The notes under the pieces are model-generated. The model saw only the letters and a program-made list of their open reading frames with translations, made no database searches and was not told the DNA's origin. From the NCBI GenBank assembly GCA_048128005.1, contig JBEUKZ010000049.1:124001-188000 (forward strand): a stretch of 64,000 nt of DNA, given 5' to 3'. Shown piece after piece: positions 13,891 through 25,930 of the stretch. Within the stretch, counting starts at the first letter, position 1, and each line of letters begins with the position of its first letter. The position numbers and the translations under genes were made by a program. This stretch comes from Veleropilina oligotropha. Lineage: Eukaryota.

Positions 13891-16330
13891 CTATAAGGTG
13901 CCACGTTTCGTATAGATATTATTCAAATGAATTCCTTCAGAATCTATAAATCGGCCAATGAAAGCAAACGTTTGGTCATTGGTCCTTGTAAACAAAGGAT
14001 GTGGCGGGAACACTGTGGGAACCTGCATGACTGGCAGGCGTCGTCCGATGGCCTTATTAGGCAGATGTGTTACATAACAGCAGAGATCGAGCGGTCTGCG
14101 AGTGAAGTAGACTGCTGGATAAACGTTTTCATCTGTTTTAATACATGCTTCCTGAGTTCCAGGCGGACATGCGCTCTCGATACGATTTACTACTGCCGGG
14201 TTAGGTCAATTGGGAAAGGCACGATGCCGCAACATAGCGATGCCGTAACATAGCATAGAGTATAGGCTATGTTATCGCGTACTAACTCACATTTATGAAA
14301 CTCTTCAACTATTTTTCTTATTTTGCTGAATGAAATCTAGGAAAATATGAAAATTACTTAACTCGTTTCATAAATGTGATATAGCTTGTTTCATAAATGT
14401 GATATTAAATAATCACTCATATGCGAGACCCCCCTATATTATACACACGCACACATTTCACACGAATAAACTTTTCTTATTGTGGAACACATGAAGAAAT
14501 ACAACAGTAATATATGCCTGGCAAATCGTAATTTGTTTATACACTATAGTCTATTTATTTATATATTTATTTATTTATTTATAAAGTAAATACACTAATA
14601 AGCAGTATTCGGAATCTTTTGATATTTCATGATAACGATTTATTTTAAAAAATGGTCATCAAACACACGAAACGATTTGCCTTCTTTGTATTCATGGAGC
14701 ATCCTTCCTGTTAAACTTGTTAAAGAAAATGGACGATATCTTCGTAAAATACTGGCGATCATAATATCATAATATAAATTAAATGTATTGTTCTTTAATA
14801 CAGAATAGCAAAACTCTATTGTAACGTATCTGTTAGAATGGTAACGTATCTGGTTTAAATACGAACTTATGCATGTTCAATTTTGGACACAACGATGCAC
14901 TTCACAAATTTCCAATAGCATTCAATTGGATATATAACCCAAGATATGACCATAAATACAATACTTGTTACTTTCAAACAATAAGTGTGTTTTAAGCTGT
15001 ACAGTATTGTATACTTATCAACATATCTGTCTCCACAAGGTAACGTATCTGTTTGATGGCAAATCATTTCACATTTATCTGAGTGTTTTCAGTCTAATAT
15101 AAAATCATTTACAACAGAATTCGTCAAACTTAAAACTACCAGCTATTAAAACAGTACAGCAACTCAACAGACAACATTCATGCATTTAGTCTTCATTTCC
15201 ATACACAAACACTTGCAGTAAAACACACTCAATTTACAATTATATCACAGTTATTAATATAGAGATAGTATACAAGGGTGACAGTACCTATATAGGAACA
15301 GCCAGTTTTGGCTCAACTGTCATCCCTTCTTTCCGCAAAATGTGTTTCATATTGTTTATAATATTGTATGTAATGAAAGGAAAATAAAATCTATCTATCT
15401 AAAACAGCAAGGTAATATGTGTATATGTTAAAGAACGACTGGTACGCAACTAATATTGAAAGTCGAAGATGATGAAGACGAGGCATTTGTTTCGTTCCTG
15501 ACGAAAGGCTATTCTAAGGGACAATATTGAATTTCGATGAAATTTTCGATAAATATGATGATATTATATGTCGGGTAGCACAGTCGAAAGGTCAGAATGC
15601 GTCTTCCAGCTATCCGAAAATTAAAGCAAGACAAGTGATTTATAATATAAATAACATGTGAAATTCGTGTTTATGGACATGATTTTGGTTAAAGTTAGTG
15701 AATTTGCGTTGCTCCATGCCATTAATGCATACACATTATTTGGTGATGCTTATATTGATACCACCTTCTACTCAAATAATGATTATTTTGTATAAATATT
15801 GAATGAACTTGATGTATTGGTAATATAAATTATGGTTAAAGGTTATATTGCGGAAGGCGGGGGACGAAGATTGCGGAAGGCGGGGGATGAATCCATTTTA
15901 TAACGGGCTCTTGTATTGAAAAGGATACAAATACTAGACGCAACACATGGTACTCGACGTAAGACATATGGATACTAAAAGAAAATGTACCGTATGTAAG
16001 CATCGTGCAAGATTCATGGTTACCTTTTAAAAGAACTTCAATTGAATTGCTGTGTTTAATTTATCAATCAATAAATCGTGGTGGTCGTATTTAAAAAAAT
16101 AATTCTAATTATAGACATTTTGAAATTATTTTATTGTTCTTTGTCAAATACATCAATATTGTTTAAAATAATTAATGTTTAAGGAGAGTTTGTCTTTAAT
16201 GAGTTAAGTCCCATTCAAATCCTCATATTTCTTGATGTAAGGTATCTGTTAAATGCGAAATTAAGGTGGATGGCATCCCAGTCTGAATTTCTGAAACTAC
16301 ATTGATTATCGGTAAGCCGCTACAGATCAA

Positions 16331-16626
16331 AGTGGCTCAGTGGGATGTTCACAGGACTCTGGTCACAGAGTCACAAGTTTGCCCCCAAAGCTCGGCGAAA
16401 TAAGCATATATTTGCCTCTGTCCACCCAGCCGTTCTGAATGGGTACCTGGTTGGCAGTTACGTAAGTCACGGCGCTACATGCGTGTAAATGACTGTAATG
16501 CTCCCAGAGGGAGTTGAGATGGCATAACGAGTGCAACAGGTCTCTAACCAGGGGTAATAATGTTCAGCGCATTGAGACACTAGCATAATAATGCGCTATA
16601 AAATATATAAAACCGGAGTATTATTA
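16331..16626 (+). mobile_element. Deu/Nin-like SINE, copy 2 (small internal deletion)
   Basis: Colinear with 11182-11502. Confidence 0.8.
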
Positions 16627-17194
16627 TGTCTCCCCTACCCTGTGGGGAAATTTATTGTTTTTGTACCCTCTGTCTGTCTGTCACGCTTTGGTTTCCGGAT
16701 GAAAATTATCGTTCTCTTTGAGCGATTATGTTCATATTTCGTACACGGGTTGCTTATGAGGAGAGGTCACTTGGGATTGCTTTTCTGATCGGTACGCCAA
16801 AGGTCATGTGATCCGTTACTAAAAATAGAATTTCGGCGCCGATTTGGTTTACGGACGATAACTACTGTTCATATTTAGTGAACATGCTCATATTTAGCCG
16901 GCAGGTTGTATATGAGGAAAGGATGCTTGGAATTTCATTTAAGGTCAAAGGTCACATGACCTGTTGCTAAACATAGAATTTCAAACGGGGAGACATTCCT
17001 GATATTGTGGACAATAACAACATCTAGTTATTATTATATGTTTGTCTATCGAAAAATTGGTTTAAAGTAAGTTTATATTTTGCCTTTGTGTAACTCAAAG
17101 TGTGGTTACATTAGTGTAGAATGAATGTTAAAAGTCCTTGAATTTGTTTCATTCGCCCGTTCATCGGCACAATTCAAATAATCACTTATAGGCC

Positions 17195-18105
17195 ATGGGC
17201 CAGTTATGGATTATATTTGGTTGATAGATACCTTTGGAGATACCGCCGACACCAGTCGATTGTGGAGACCTTGACCTCATTTTCAATGTCACAGTGTACA
17301 GTTTACTCTTTCTCTCATTCAGTGGTTGTTAGCGCGATATCTCAAGACAGAATGAATTGATTTCATTAATATTTGGTGGATGGATACCTTTGGGGGTACC
17401 ACCAACACCAGTTGATTATGGTGACCTTGACCTCATTTTCAAGGTCAGAGGGTGCACTTAACAACTTCGCTCATTCAATTGGTATGATATCTCAAGATAT
17501 AATGAATCAATTTCATTTATATTAGGTAGATAGATATATTGGGAGATACCGCAGATCCCAGTCAATTATGGTGACTTTGACCTAATATTATCAAGGTCAC
17601 ATGATGTACTTTCCTATTTCGTTCATTCAGTTGTTAGCACGATTTATCGAGACAGAATATATTTAATTTGTATTTGGTGGATAGATGCATAGGGGAATAC
17701 CACCAATCCAAGTCGATTATGGTGACCTTTACGTCATATTCAAGGTCATACAGTTTTTAGCACGATATCTCAAAGCGTAATAAACTGATTTAATTTATAT
17801 TTTGTGGATAGATGCATTGAGGGATACCGCCGCCCCCAGGCGATTATGGTGACCTTGACCTCATTTTAAAGATCACATGATGCAGTTTACTCTTTCGCTC
17901 ATTCAGTTGTTGTTGAGTACGATATTTCGATAAAGAATGAACTGATTTCATTTACTTTTGGTTCATAGACCCCATTTCACCACATTTCTCTTTTCACAGG
18001 CAACTCTTTACCTATATATCGGCCTACATTCATTTGGCTTCATAGATGTACTCCATAACGTAGGCGAGAGGACTATTGCCACTTTAGTGATAAACACTTG
18101 TTCTT
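17195..18105 (+). repeat. Diverged ~155-bp tandem units and the 3' end of a Helentron-associated/pearl-like element
   Basis: About five units with gtgaccttgacctcattttcaaggtcac. The end ggactattgccac..tagtgataaacacttgtt matches the reverse complement of 58422-58460. Confidence 0.7.
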
Positions 18106-18437
18106 TTCATTTTCTAAAGTGGTTAATATTGCTCTATGCATTAAAAGAAAGCTGGGCCCAAGATTATAAAGATCTACTGAGTACGATCTCAGACTCTGAC
18201 GACTGTTTCGTACTCAAACTCAGAAATCATGATTATAAACACTCGGTCTGAGATCGTGCTCCCGCTGAGTATGAAATTGTGTAAGTCTCAAGGTAGCTTT
18301 GGACCTATATCACAGGCGTACTCGGGCATAATGGCGTCCAATGTCGGTCACTGCTTCAAAAACAGCGACGTAATAAACTCTTTCAAGTTCTAACAAGCGT
18401 GTTATAGTAATTAATACATTGTGAACAAAAATGGTCA

Positions 18438-19596
18438 TTTTTATACCTCGCGACTAAAGTCTGGCGGGACAAATAGCGTTGGGATGCCTGTTCGTCCATT
18501 CATCCGCCAGACATTCGTCAGCCAACTTGGCCTACATCTAGCGATGAGCATCTATATTTTATGCACACATTTGTGAATAACAGTCTCTAGTTTTAATATT
18601 TAAATTGTTAATATGTGTAAGATAACCTTATTAATAATATGAAATATTTGTTCACGGAAACGATCATTTACTAATATTTTAAATTTCTTTACATGTAATT
18701 GAATTTTAAATATAAATAATTTTTAAATTTCAATAAATGATTTTAATTAAAACATTTTAAGGATTTAGAGATACTGCATGAGCCTTAATACTTGAGCAAA
18801 CGCAATGTTGCATTTCATATCAAAATTTGGGGTTGAATGGCAGTAGTGATATTGTTGTTGCCATGTCCGTCCGTACGTCCATAATCAATTTGGTTAAAGT
18901 TTCGAATTGAGGGTATATATCATGCTCATGAGACTTTTTGACATATATATATGCTTTTGTAGGCATTATATGGATGACACCTGGTACTCTGGAAGTGTGA
19001 TTGAATAAAAATTAATATAATTAACACATAAATGTTGGTGTTTTTAACATAGAAATTTTGGTTAAAGTTTCTGGTTAAAGTTTTTCATTGAGTTTGTATG
19101 GGATGCTGAAACAACATTTTGGTGTATATATGCATTGATATTTATATTATGAATGTCATCTGATACTATGGAAATAATTTTGAATTAAATTTAATATAAT
19201 TATTGCATAAAATAAGAATTGGTTAAAGTTTAATTTTTTCAAGGGACTCATATGGGTTGTTCTAGGCACTGTTTTACATCCATATACTTCACTGTTGACT
19301 ATTTGATAATCTGGAAATTATTTGTAATATAAATATAACATGTGAAATTCGTGGGTGTGGACATTTTTGGTTAAAGTTAAGCGAATTTGCGTTGCTTCAT
19401 GACATTAATGCATACCGGGTACATATTCTTTGGTGATGCTTATATCGATACCACCTTTTACTCTAGCAATGATATTGAATATTATTTTTTATAAATATTG
19501 AATATACTTGATGTATTAGACATAGAAATTATGGTTAACGTTTATAATCGAGAGATTGCGGAACGCGGGGGATGAATCCGTTTTCTAACGTCTTGT
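18438..19596 (+). mobile_element. Helentron-associated non-autonomous element with internal tggttaaagtt repeats
   Basis: T-rich start, (GTCC)-like tract and a 3' end gcgggggatgaatcc...cttgt. The last ~270 bp are also present at 15640-15915. Confidence 0.5.
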
Positions 19597-21649
19597 TTAA
19601 CTTTTAATTCATAGGCGCTTCAGAATAGAATTTTTTTGAAAACTTGCAAAGTTTCTAACTTTAGTTAAGTGGAAAAAATACATTTCCGGTCTGGGGTTTA
19701 GAATTAAATGCGTTTTCGATACTTTCGGGCAATGCAACTTTAAAGATAATGCATTGTCTAATTATAACTTTTTTACCCACAGAGAACTGTAGCACAACAG
19801 CATGAGTGGTTATTGAAAGAAAATTGAAAATGCAGGTACAAAATTACAACATGTCCATGTTTGACCGTAAGGTAATTTCATGTCTGAAAATATTCCACTG
19901 AAATCTATACCTGTCATGCAACGGAAAATGTCGTACATTTTTTATTGTACATCTATCCGGATGTGACGAAAGCACTAATAGTGTCCTGTGGAATGGTGTT
20001 ACTTTATGTATTCCTGTACATTTGCTGGTGTGAGTTTTCACTGCATCTCATTGAGAAGATGTCTATGTTTCATCAAGTATGCAATTAATCACTATCTGAG
20101 TGTTCTTTTTTAAACAAGCATGTTTTTACTTGTGCCCTATCCCTCCGCGGTGAGTGTGTAATTTGCCCATGTCTGCTAGAGGGTAAGCATAAATGGATGT
20201 AGCAAAAAATGTAGCCGGTCACCAGATAGCGAATTTTTCATTAAATGTTCCATACATGTATGTAAATATTTCTTGAGAGAATGGAATGTCTATCAAACTG
20301 TGTGTACATGCTAAAGTGTGCAGGGCTAATCCTATATGATATAACATAGTAAGTTTAATTGTGGTATGAGGCCATATATCCTGAAATTTCCAGCAATCCG
20401 GAACTGACGAAACCAAACATAGCGCCCGGTGGAATATGGTATTACGTCATGTATTTCTGTACATTTGCTTTTGTGATTTTTCACTGCATTGCAATTTACT
20501 TTGGGAAGTATGTGTACATTGGGTTTTCCTCGCCACCGTTGCCTACTATGTTCCGACCATAATGCTTATTATTGTTTGCACGTTGTTTCCAACTAGACTT
20601 GAAGTTTGCTGTTTTGTTAGAGACATGTAGAAGACGTTCGAAAGCGAGCCATGCATCTTGTACGTGGGCTGATTTGATTATATTATATATGCAGGGCTAG
20701 TTTCTTTCATGTGCATGGTATTATAAATGTATCATTAAACAACGGCACTTTATATTTTGCCATTAATTATTTACATCTGGACATATCGCAGCTGTCCTTC
20801 TAATCCTCTTCTCTGGGGAATCATGCAATCATGAGCAATTACGATAACCAACAAGTAATCTTCACTAATTAGATATCGCTATCATTTTAAGTACTATGCT
20901 GTTACTGATACGAATGACCCATGGGAGCTATTACAAATACTGTGGGGATGTCATGGCCACAAGATTTTGGCGACATGCTCGCAAAATAGCGAAAGTTAAT
21001 TTGAATACTACACCAGGCATTGGGCGAATGAATAATATCAGGAGACTACTGATCATTGAGGAACATCCGCTGTTAAGGGACTGGTAATTTTATTATAAAG
21101 CCTGTGTCTTTTGTCATGACCCACCTCCCATCTCCCCCCCCGCCCCCCCCCCCCCTCTATAATAAATGACCAGTCCCTAAATGCATTTTCTCTGATGTAT
21201 CGGAGTTTATTCTTACAAGTTTTTACCTACATGATAAAATAATTTTCAAGCCATGTTAACAACGATCCACTAATTCCAAATTGTTGAGTTTATAAAATAG
21301 ACCATTATTCCACACTATTGCCTTTAGAGTGTTCACGGTGTTATAATAAATTTCAATAAATTGCTCATTTGTACGGCGGAAAACAACTTTATGTCCAATC
21401 TTGTTTCTTCATGATGTTTCCTTCACAGCTAAGCAGTGAGATGGGATGCGCCTGTACGATCTCCCTACTTATTCAAATAATAATAAATTACATGAACTTG
21501 TTTCAATTTACTTGGAAAATGCAATGCTGAAAATATTTTGCGTCATGATGAAGCAATAGTATTTTTAACACTATTACATTCGTGCATTATATTATAATTT
21601 ATATTTCAAAAAATATCGAAATTCTGCACTCGAAAGCTTAAATAATTTA

Positions 21650-22895
21650 TCATGCCACCCAAAGCAGCTTTGCATAAGCAGGATAAAATTTCGAAACCGC
21701 CAAAGAAAAAACAACGTAATAAATCGGATGTACAGAATCAATAAATCGCTACTGTCCAACAGCAAAGTAAATGTACAGGAGGCGATAATATCGAAAATAG
21801 TAACTTACCAGTAAAAAGTACTCTTCAACACTCCACCATGGCGAATCAGAACACTCTTAATCCTGTTAATCAATATCAATATTCTGTCTATCCACCACCA
21901 CAAACGAACTATAGTCAATTTCAACAACCACAGCAGCAACAACTAGTGTCCAGCTTGGGCAAGTGAGCTAATGGATAATATGAAGCAGATGAAAGCCAAA
22001 CTAGATAAAATTGACAGTTTGGAGAAGATAATAAATACGATATTGTTAAAAATGAATACCATTGATAACACCATTACTATTATGGATCAAAGGATGTTCG
22101 AAATCGACAAAAGTGCACAGTTTCAAACTGAAAGTAACATGTTAGAAGAGAAAAAGTCACATCACTTAAGTTGTCAAAAAATATTGAAATGTTAAGAAAT
22201 CAAGTAGAGGTCATTAGCAAAGAATATAAAACAAGTTGTGACGTTATGGGCACAGACACAACGAGACATTCTTGAACTACAAGCGAGATCGATGCGAGAA
22301 AATTTACTACTTTTCGGTATACAGGAGGATCGGGATGAAAACCGTACTAACAAAATATTGGACTTTTGTGATAACTCTCTAGGCATTGAACAAGCTAACG
22401 AAAAAATTACCATTGACAGGGCACACAGAATAGGCAGAAGAAATACTGGTGCCAATAGTCTACCTCGACCAATCGTTGTTAAATTATAAAGGTTTAATGA
22501 TAAGGAGGAAGCGCGCAAGTAAGGGGGAAACTAAAGAACACAATATCCTTGAGAAAACAACTGATTCCGATAATGAGATAAATAAGGAACAGAGATCCGA
22601 CAGCGAAAGTGAACCTTGTGCTAGACAAGCTTTACATTAATGGTGCAGAATATAAGAGTACAAAATAGGACATTTTAGAGAGGCAAACATCCTTTCTTGT
22701 TTATAATATCGAAGGTATTAAGAACAAACTAGACAATTCAGACATTCTTGAATTAGCAGTACAGCATGATTTGACATTCTATGCCAAATGGTGTGGTTCA
22801 TTCTTAGAGTATTTTTATTCAATGCAGGGTGTTCAGCAAGGAGAACCATTGTCACCTATATTATTTTTGTTATTTATCAATGATATGCTTAATTG
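21650..22895 (+). pseudogene. Decayed non-LTR retrotransposon (L1-type ORF1 plus EN/RT remnants, RTE-X-like)
   Basis: Coiled-coil region, then RSMRENLLLFGIQE...IDRAHRIG...RPIVVK. An RT remnant GVQQGEPLSPILFLLFINDM lies at ~22828-22890. Confidence 0.75.
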
Positions 22896-22979
22896 AACCG
22901 ATGCAAATATATGCTTAATTTTTTGCCCAATGGAAGTCGTCGGGATCGAAGTTGAACCCCAAACCTCTGGAGTGAGAGG

Positions 22980-23209
22980 TTGGTTGGTAATTTTGTTTTA
23001 CGACCACTGTGGCAATTTTTCAGCCTTAGCGCAGTCGGGACACCCGGTTTAAGGTCTCACTCCGATCTGACCGACATACATTAGGGATATGCCATCTATT
23101 AGTTTTAAGCGTTAGAATAGCCACGCCGGCGCGGGCTTGAACCCACATCCTACCGTCCCATTTAACGTTTTTCCGACGCCCTAACCAGTTGGGTCGCCGA
23201 GGACAGTTT
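22980..23209 (-). mobile_element. tRNA-derived SINE nested inside another tRNA-like head
   Basis: Minus strand has A-box-like actggttagggc, B-box ggttcaagccc and an (AACC)n tail. The flanking direct repeat is tgg(a/t)gtgagagg. Confidence 0.6.
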
Positions 23210-23843
23210 TGGTGTGAGAGGCCAGTGCAACTACCACGGTTGCATGCAATAATAATGGGCATGTAAGTATGCTCATTCGTTGAGTAAATAGTCCCCTAAT
23301 CAAATGTCTATCAATAATGATTAACATTCTGTTCAAGTTAAGGCTATATGATAGAATGGAGTAAAATTAATGGTGGGATACGGCCTTATTCGCCCACAAC
23401 ACGATGTGTGCATATTTACTATGGACCACGATCGCGAACGCAATTATGTATAGGAAGTATGGTGTCCGGTTTGGGTTTAAATTGGCCGTATCAAGTTTGC
23501 TGGTAGTGTGCACCAGCACCAAGAGCCTTTGAAGATTGTGTCATACCCGGATTTCATTGATGGATACCAATGCAAGATGGCTACCAATGCAAGATGGCCG
23601 ACACTGCACTTCGGTGGCCGACACTGCACTTCGGTGGCCGACACTGCACTTCGGTGAAATTATCGCTCACGTATCCTGCCTCAAATTTAAGTTCAAATGT
23701 TTTTATAAAAGTATGTAAAGTAATATAAAGTTATTTATAAGCACATAAGGACGATATCCGGAACTTTTGAAAGAGATTATCTTGACGGATGCTGGATTAT
23801 CGATGGATCGAGATAAGAATAGGTCAGTCTGCAGAAACTGAAA

Positions 23844-25620
23844 ATGGCTACCAGCTTGTTGCTGGCGGCATTGGATCTAACTGAATCAATGTCTATCAAT
23901 CCTGACAATGTAAGTGCAATTTCTTCATCGCCGTTGTCGGAAGTACATGATATAAGAGTTGATGATCACACTGACATAACGAAATCCATCGTTATTACAT
24001 TTAAGAATGAGGGTTTATATCTTACGGTGAGAGACTTTTACCGATTGAATTTTAACAGCCTGTCCTTAAGCGAACACATCTTTAAGACGGAATTTAAGAA
24101 GAAAACTGTTGTTGTAACTTTATATGATGCAGTGCGTAAAATTCATTTACAAGGAAATGGATGTAAAGCATGGTGGGAGGAGATATTTGGAGATGTTGTG
24201 CGCGGCATATCTAAAGGAACGTGTACATCTATTACATCACCAATTACTTCCACACCAGCGTGCCACTCGAGCCTGACGGCTGTCAAGCCATTAGCCGAAG
24301 TCGACAACCTGTGCACAAACAGTGAGCACTCTACCATGACCAGTGAACCAGAGTTTAATTGCACCTCTTGTTTGGACTATACAAACAAATCGTTATGTGA
24401 TGCGATGGAAGAATTAGAAGCAGAGAACCACAGCTTCATGTGCAAATTGAACGATAATGCGAAATCCCTTCAAAATGCTCGAATGAGATTTAAGTGCTAT
24501 AAAGGAATCAAGAACAAAAACCTCAACGAGGATAATAAAAAGTTAATTGAGCAAGTCAAATTACAGCAACAAAGCATCGATCAAATGAAAATGCAACTAT
24601 CCACTAATCGAGCTGATATGAAACTAGCGCAACAGGAAAAGAAATGTTTACTAGAAGAACTGCGCCTAGCAAATGCGCAATGTGAGCAACAACTCGATGT
24701 AACCGCTGCTCTCCACGAGCAGATGAAGAAGGAAAGTAGACAAAAACCTGAAAATCGCGAATCTACCTCAAGGAAAATTCATGTAGACACTCCTTTGTCT
24801 CAGACACAAACTGTCATGTCCCCATGCGCAGTAAAATCCCATGAAGATATAGCAAGAGTTATCGTGGAGACGGAAGTGAAAAACGATCACCCTTCTAAAA
24901 AACGAGATGAGCCGAAGATAAACTATAAGGAGACATATGCAGCGGAAAGGACGTTAATAATTGGCTCATCAATGCTGAAACAAATCCGAACAAGAGGCCT
25001 TAAATCAAATGTAGATGTCCAGACAAATAGAGGTGCTACAGTCCCTCGAATCAGACAAGCATTGCTTAAAATGGACATATTAAAGTATCACACGATAGTT
25101 CTGCATGTTGGAGGCAATGACGTCAGCCAGGGGGTGAGCACTCCTGACATAATATATCAATTCGAAAGTATTTTCAATGTGATATATTCACACAATACGG
25201 ATATTCGAGTCATTATTTCTGGACTGACTCCTAGAATTGATGCTGAAGTTCGATACATGAACGACGCCTTGCAAGACTTATGCCACCAATATGGACTAAC
25301 ATATTTGGACAACTATTCAGTGGTAAGTCTCCAACCAGACAGTATTTCCTCTGATGGAATTCATTTCACAAATAAAGGCACTTCTCAACTTCTGCAAAAA
25401 ATTCACTCGGAAGCTGATATTTTGAAAATGAAGAATTATGAAACCCACTCCCAATCTATCGGTTCGAATTCAGGGTGCTTCTATTGTGGTGAAACAGGAC
25501 ATACAACTAAGGTATATGTCATCACGGGACATCAGTGAAATGTTGGGAATGTGGCCGGTTTGGTCACAAGGCAAGGAAGTGTACCCAAATGATGCCATAA
25601 TGCACAGGCAAAGCAGTTAA
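23844..25620 (+). CDS. LINE ORF1: coiled coil, SGNH/GDSL esterase-like domain and two CCHC knuckles (frameshift near 25515)
   Basis: LIIGSSM, RGAT, LHVGGND and DGIHFT. CFYCGETGH continues after a 2-bp insertion as C...KCWECGRFGHKARKC. Confidence 0.8.
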
Positions 25621-25930
25621 TGCCGTCAACCTATTAGTAACTGCAAATAAATTTGCGTTGCTCAGTGACATATGTTCAGAATGCAATGAGTCTGATTGTG
25701 CATGCGGTAAAAGTTCATATAGGAATCGAAATGGACTGTGGTAAAATCACAATGATACATTTGATAATAGCTATAATTTAGTTTTTAACAATAACTTTCA
25801 TGAGCCATCTACTGAATCAGTATATCATACATATTGCGAATATCAATCCTATGAAGAAAGTGAATATTCTCCGTTAGAATCCCGTACGAACCTAAATTGT
25901 TTTGAAAATATATCTTCCATTGATGACTGT

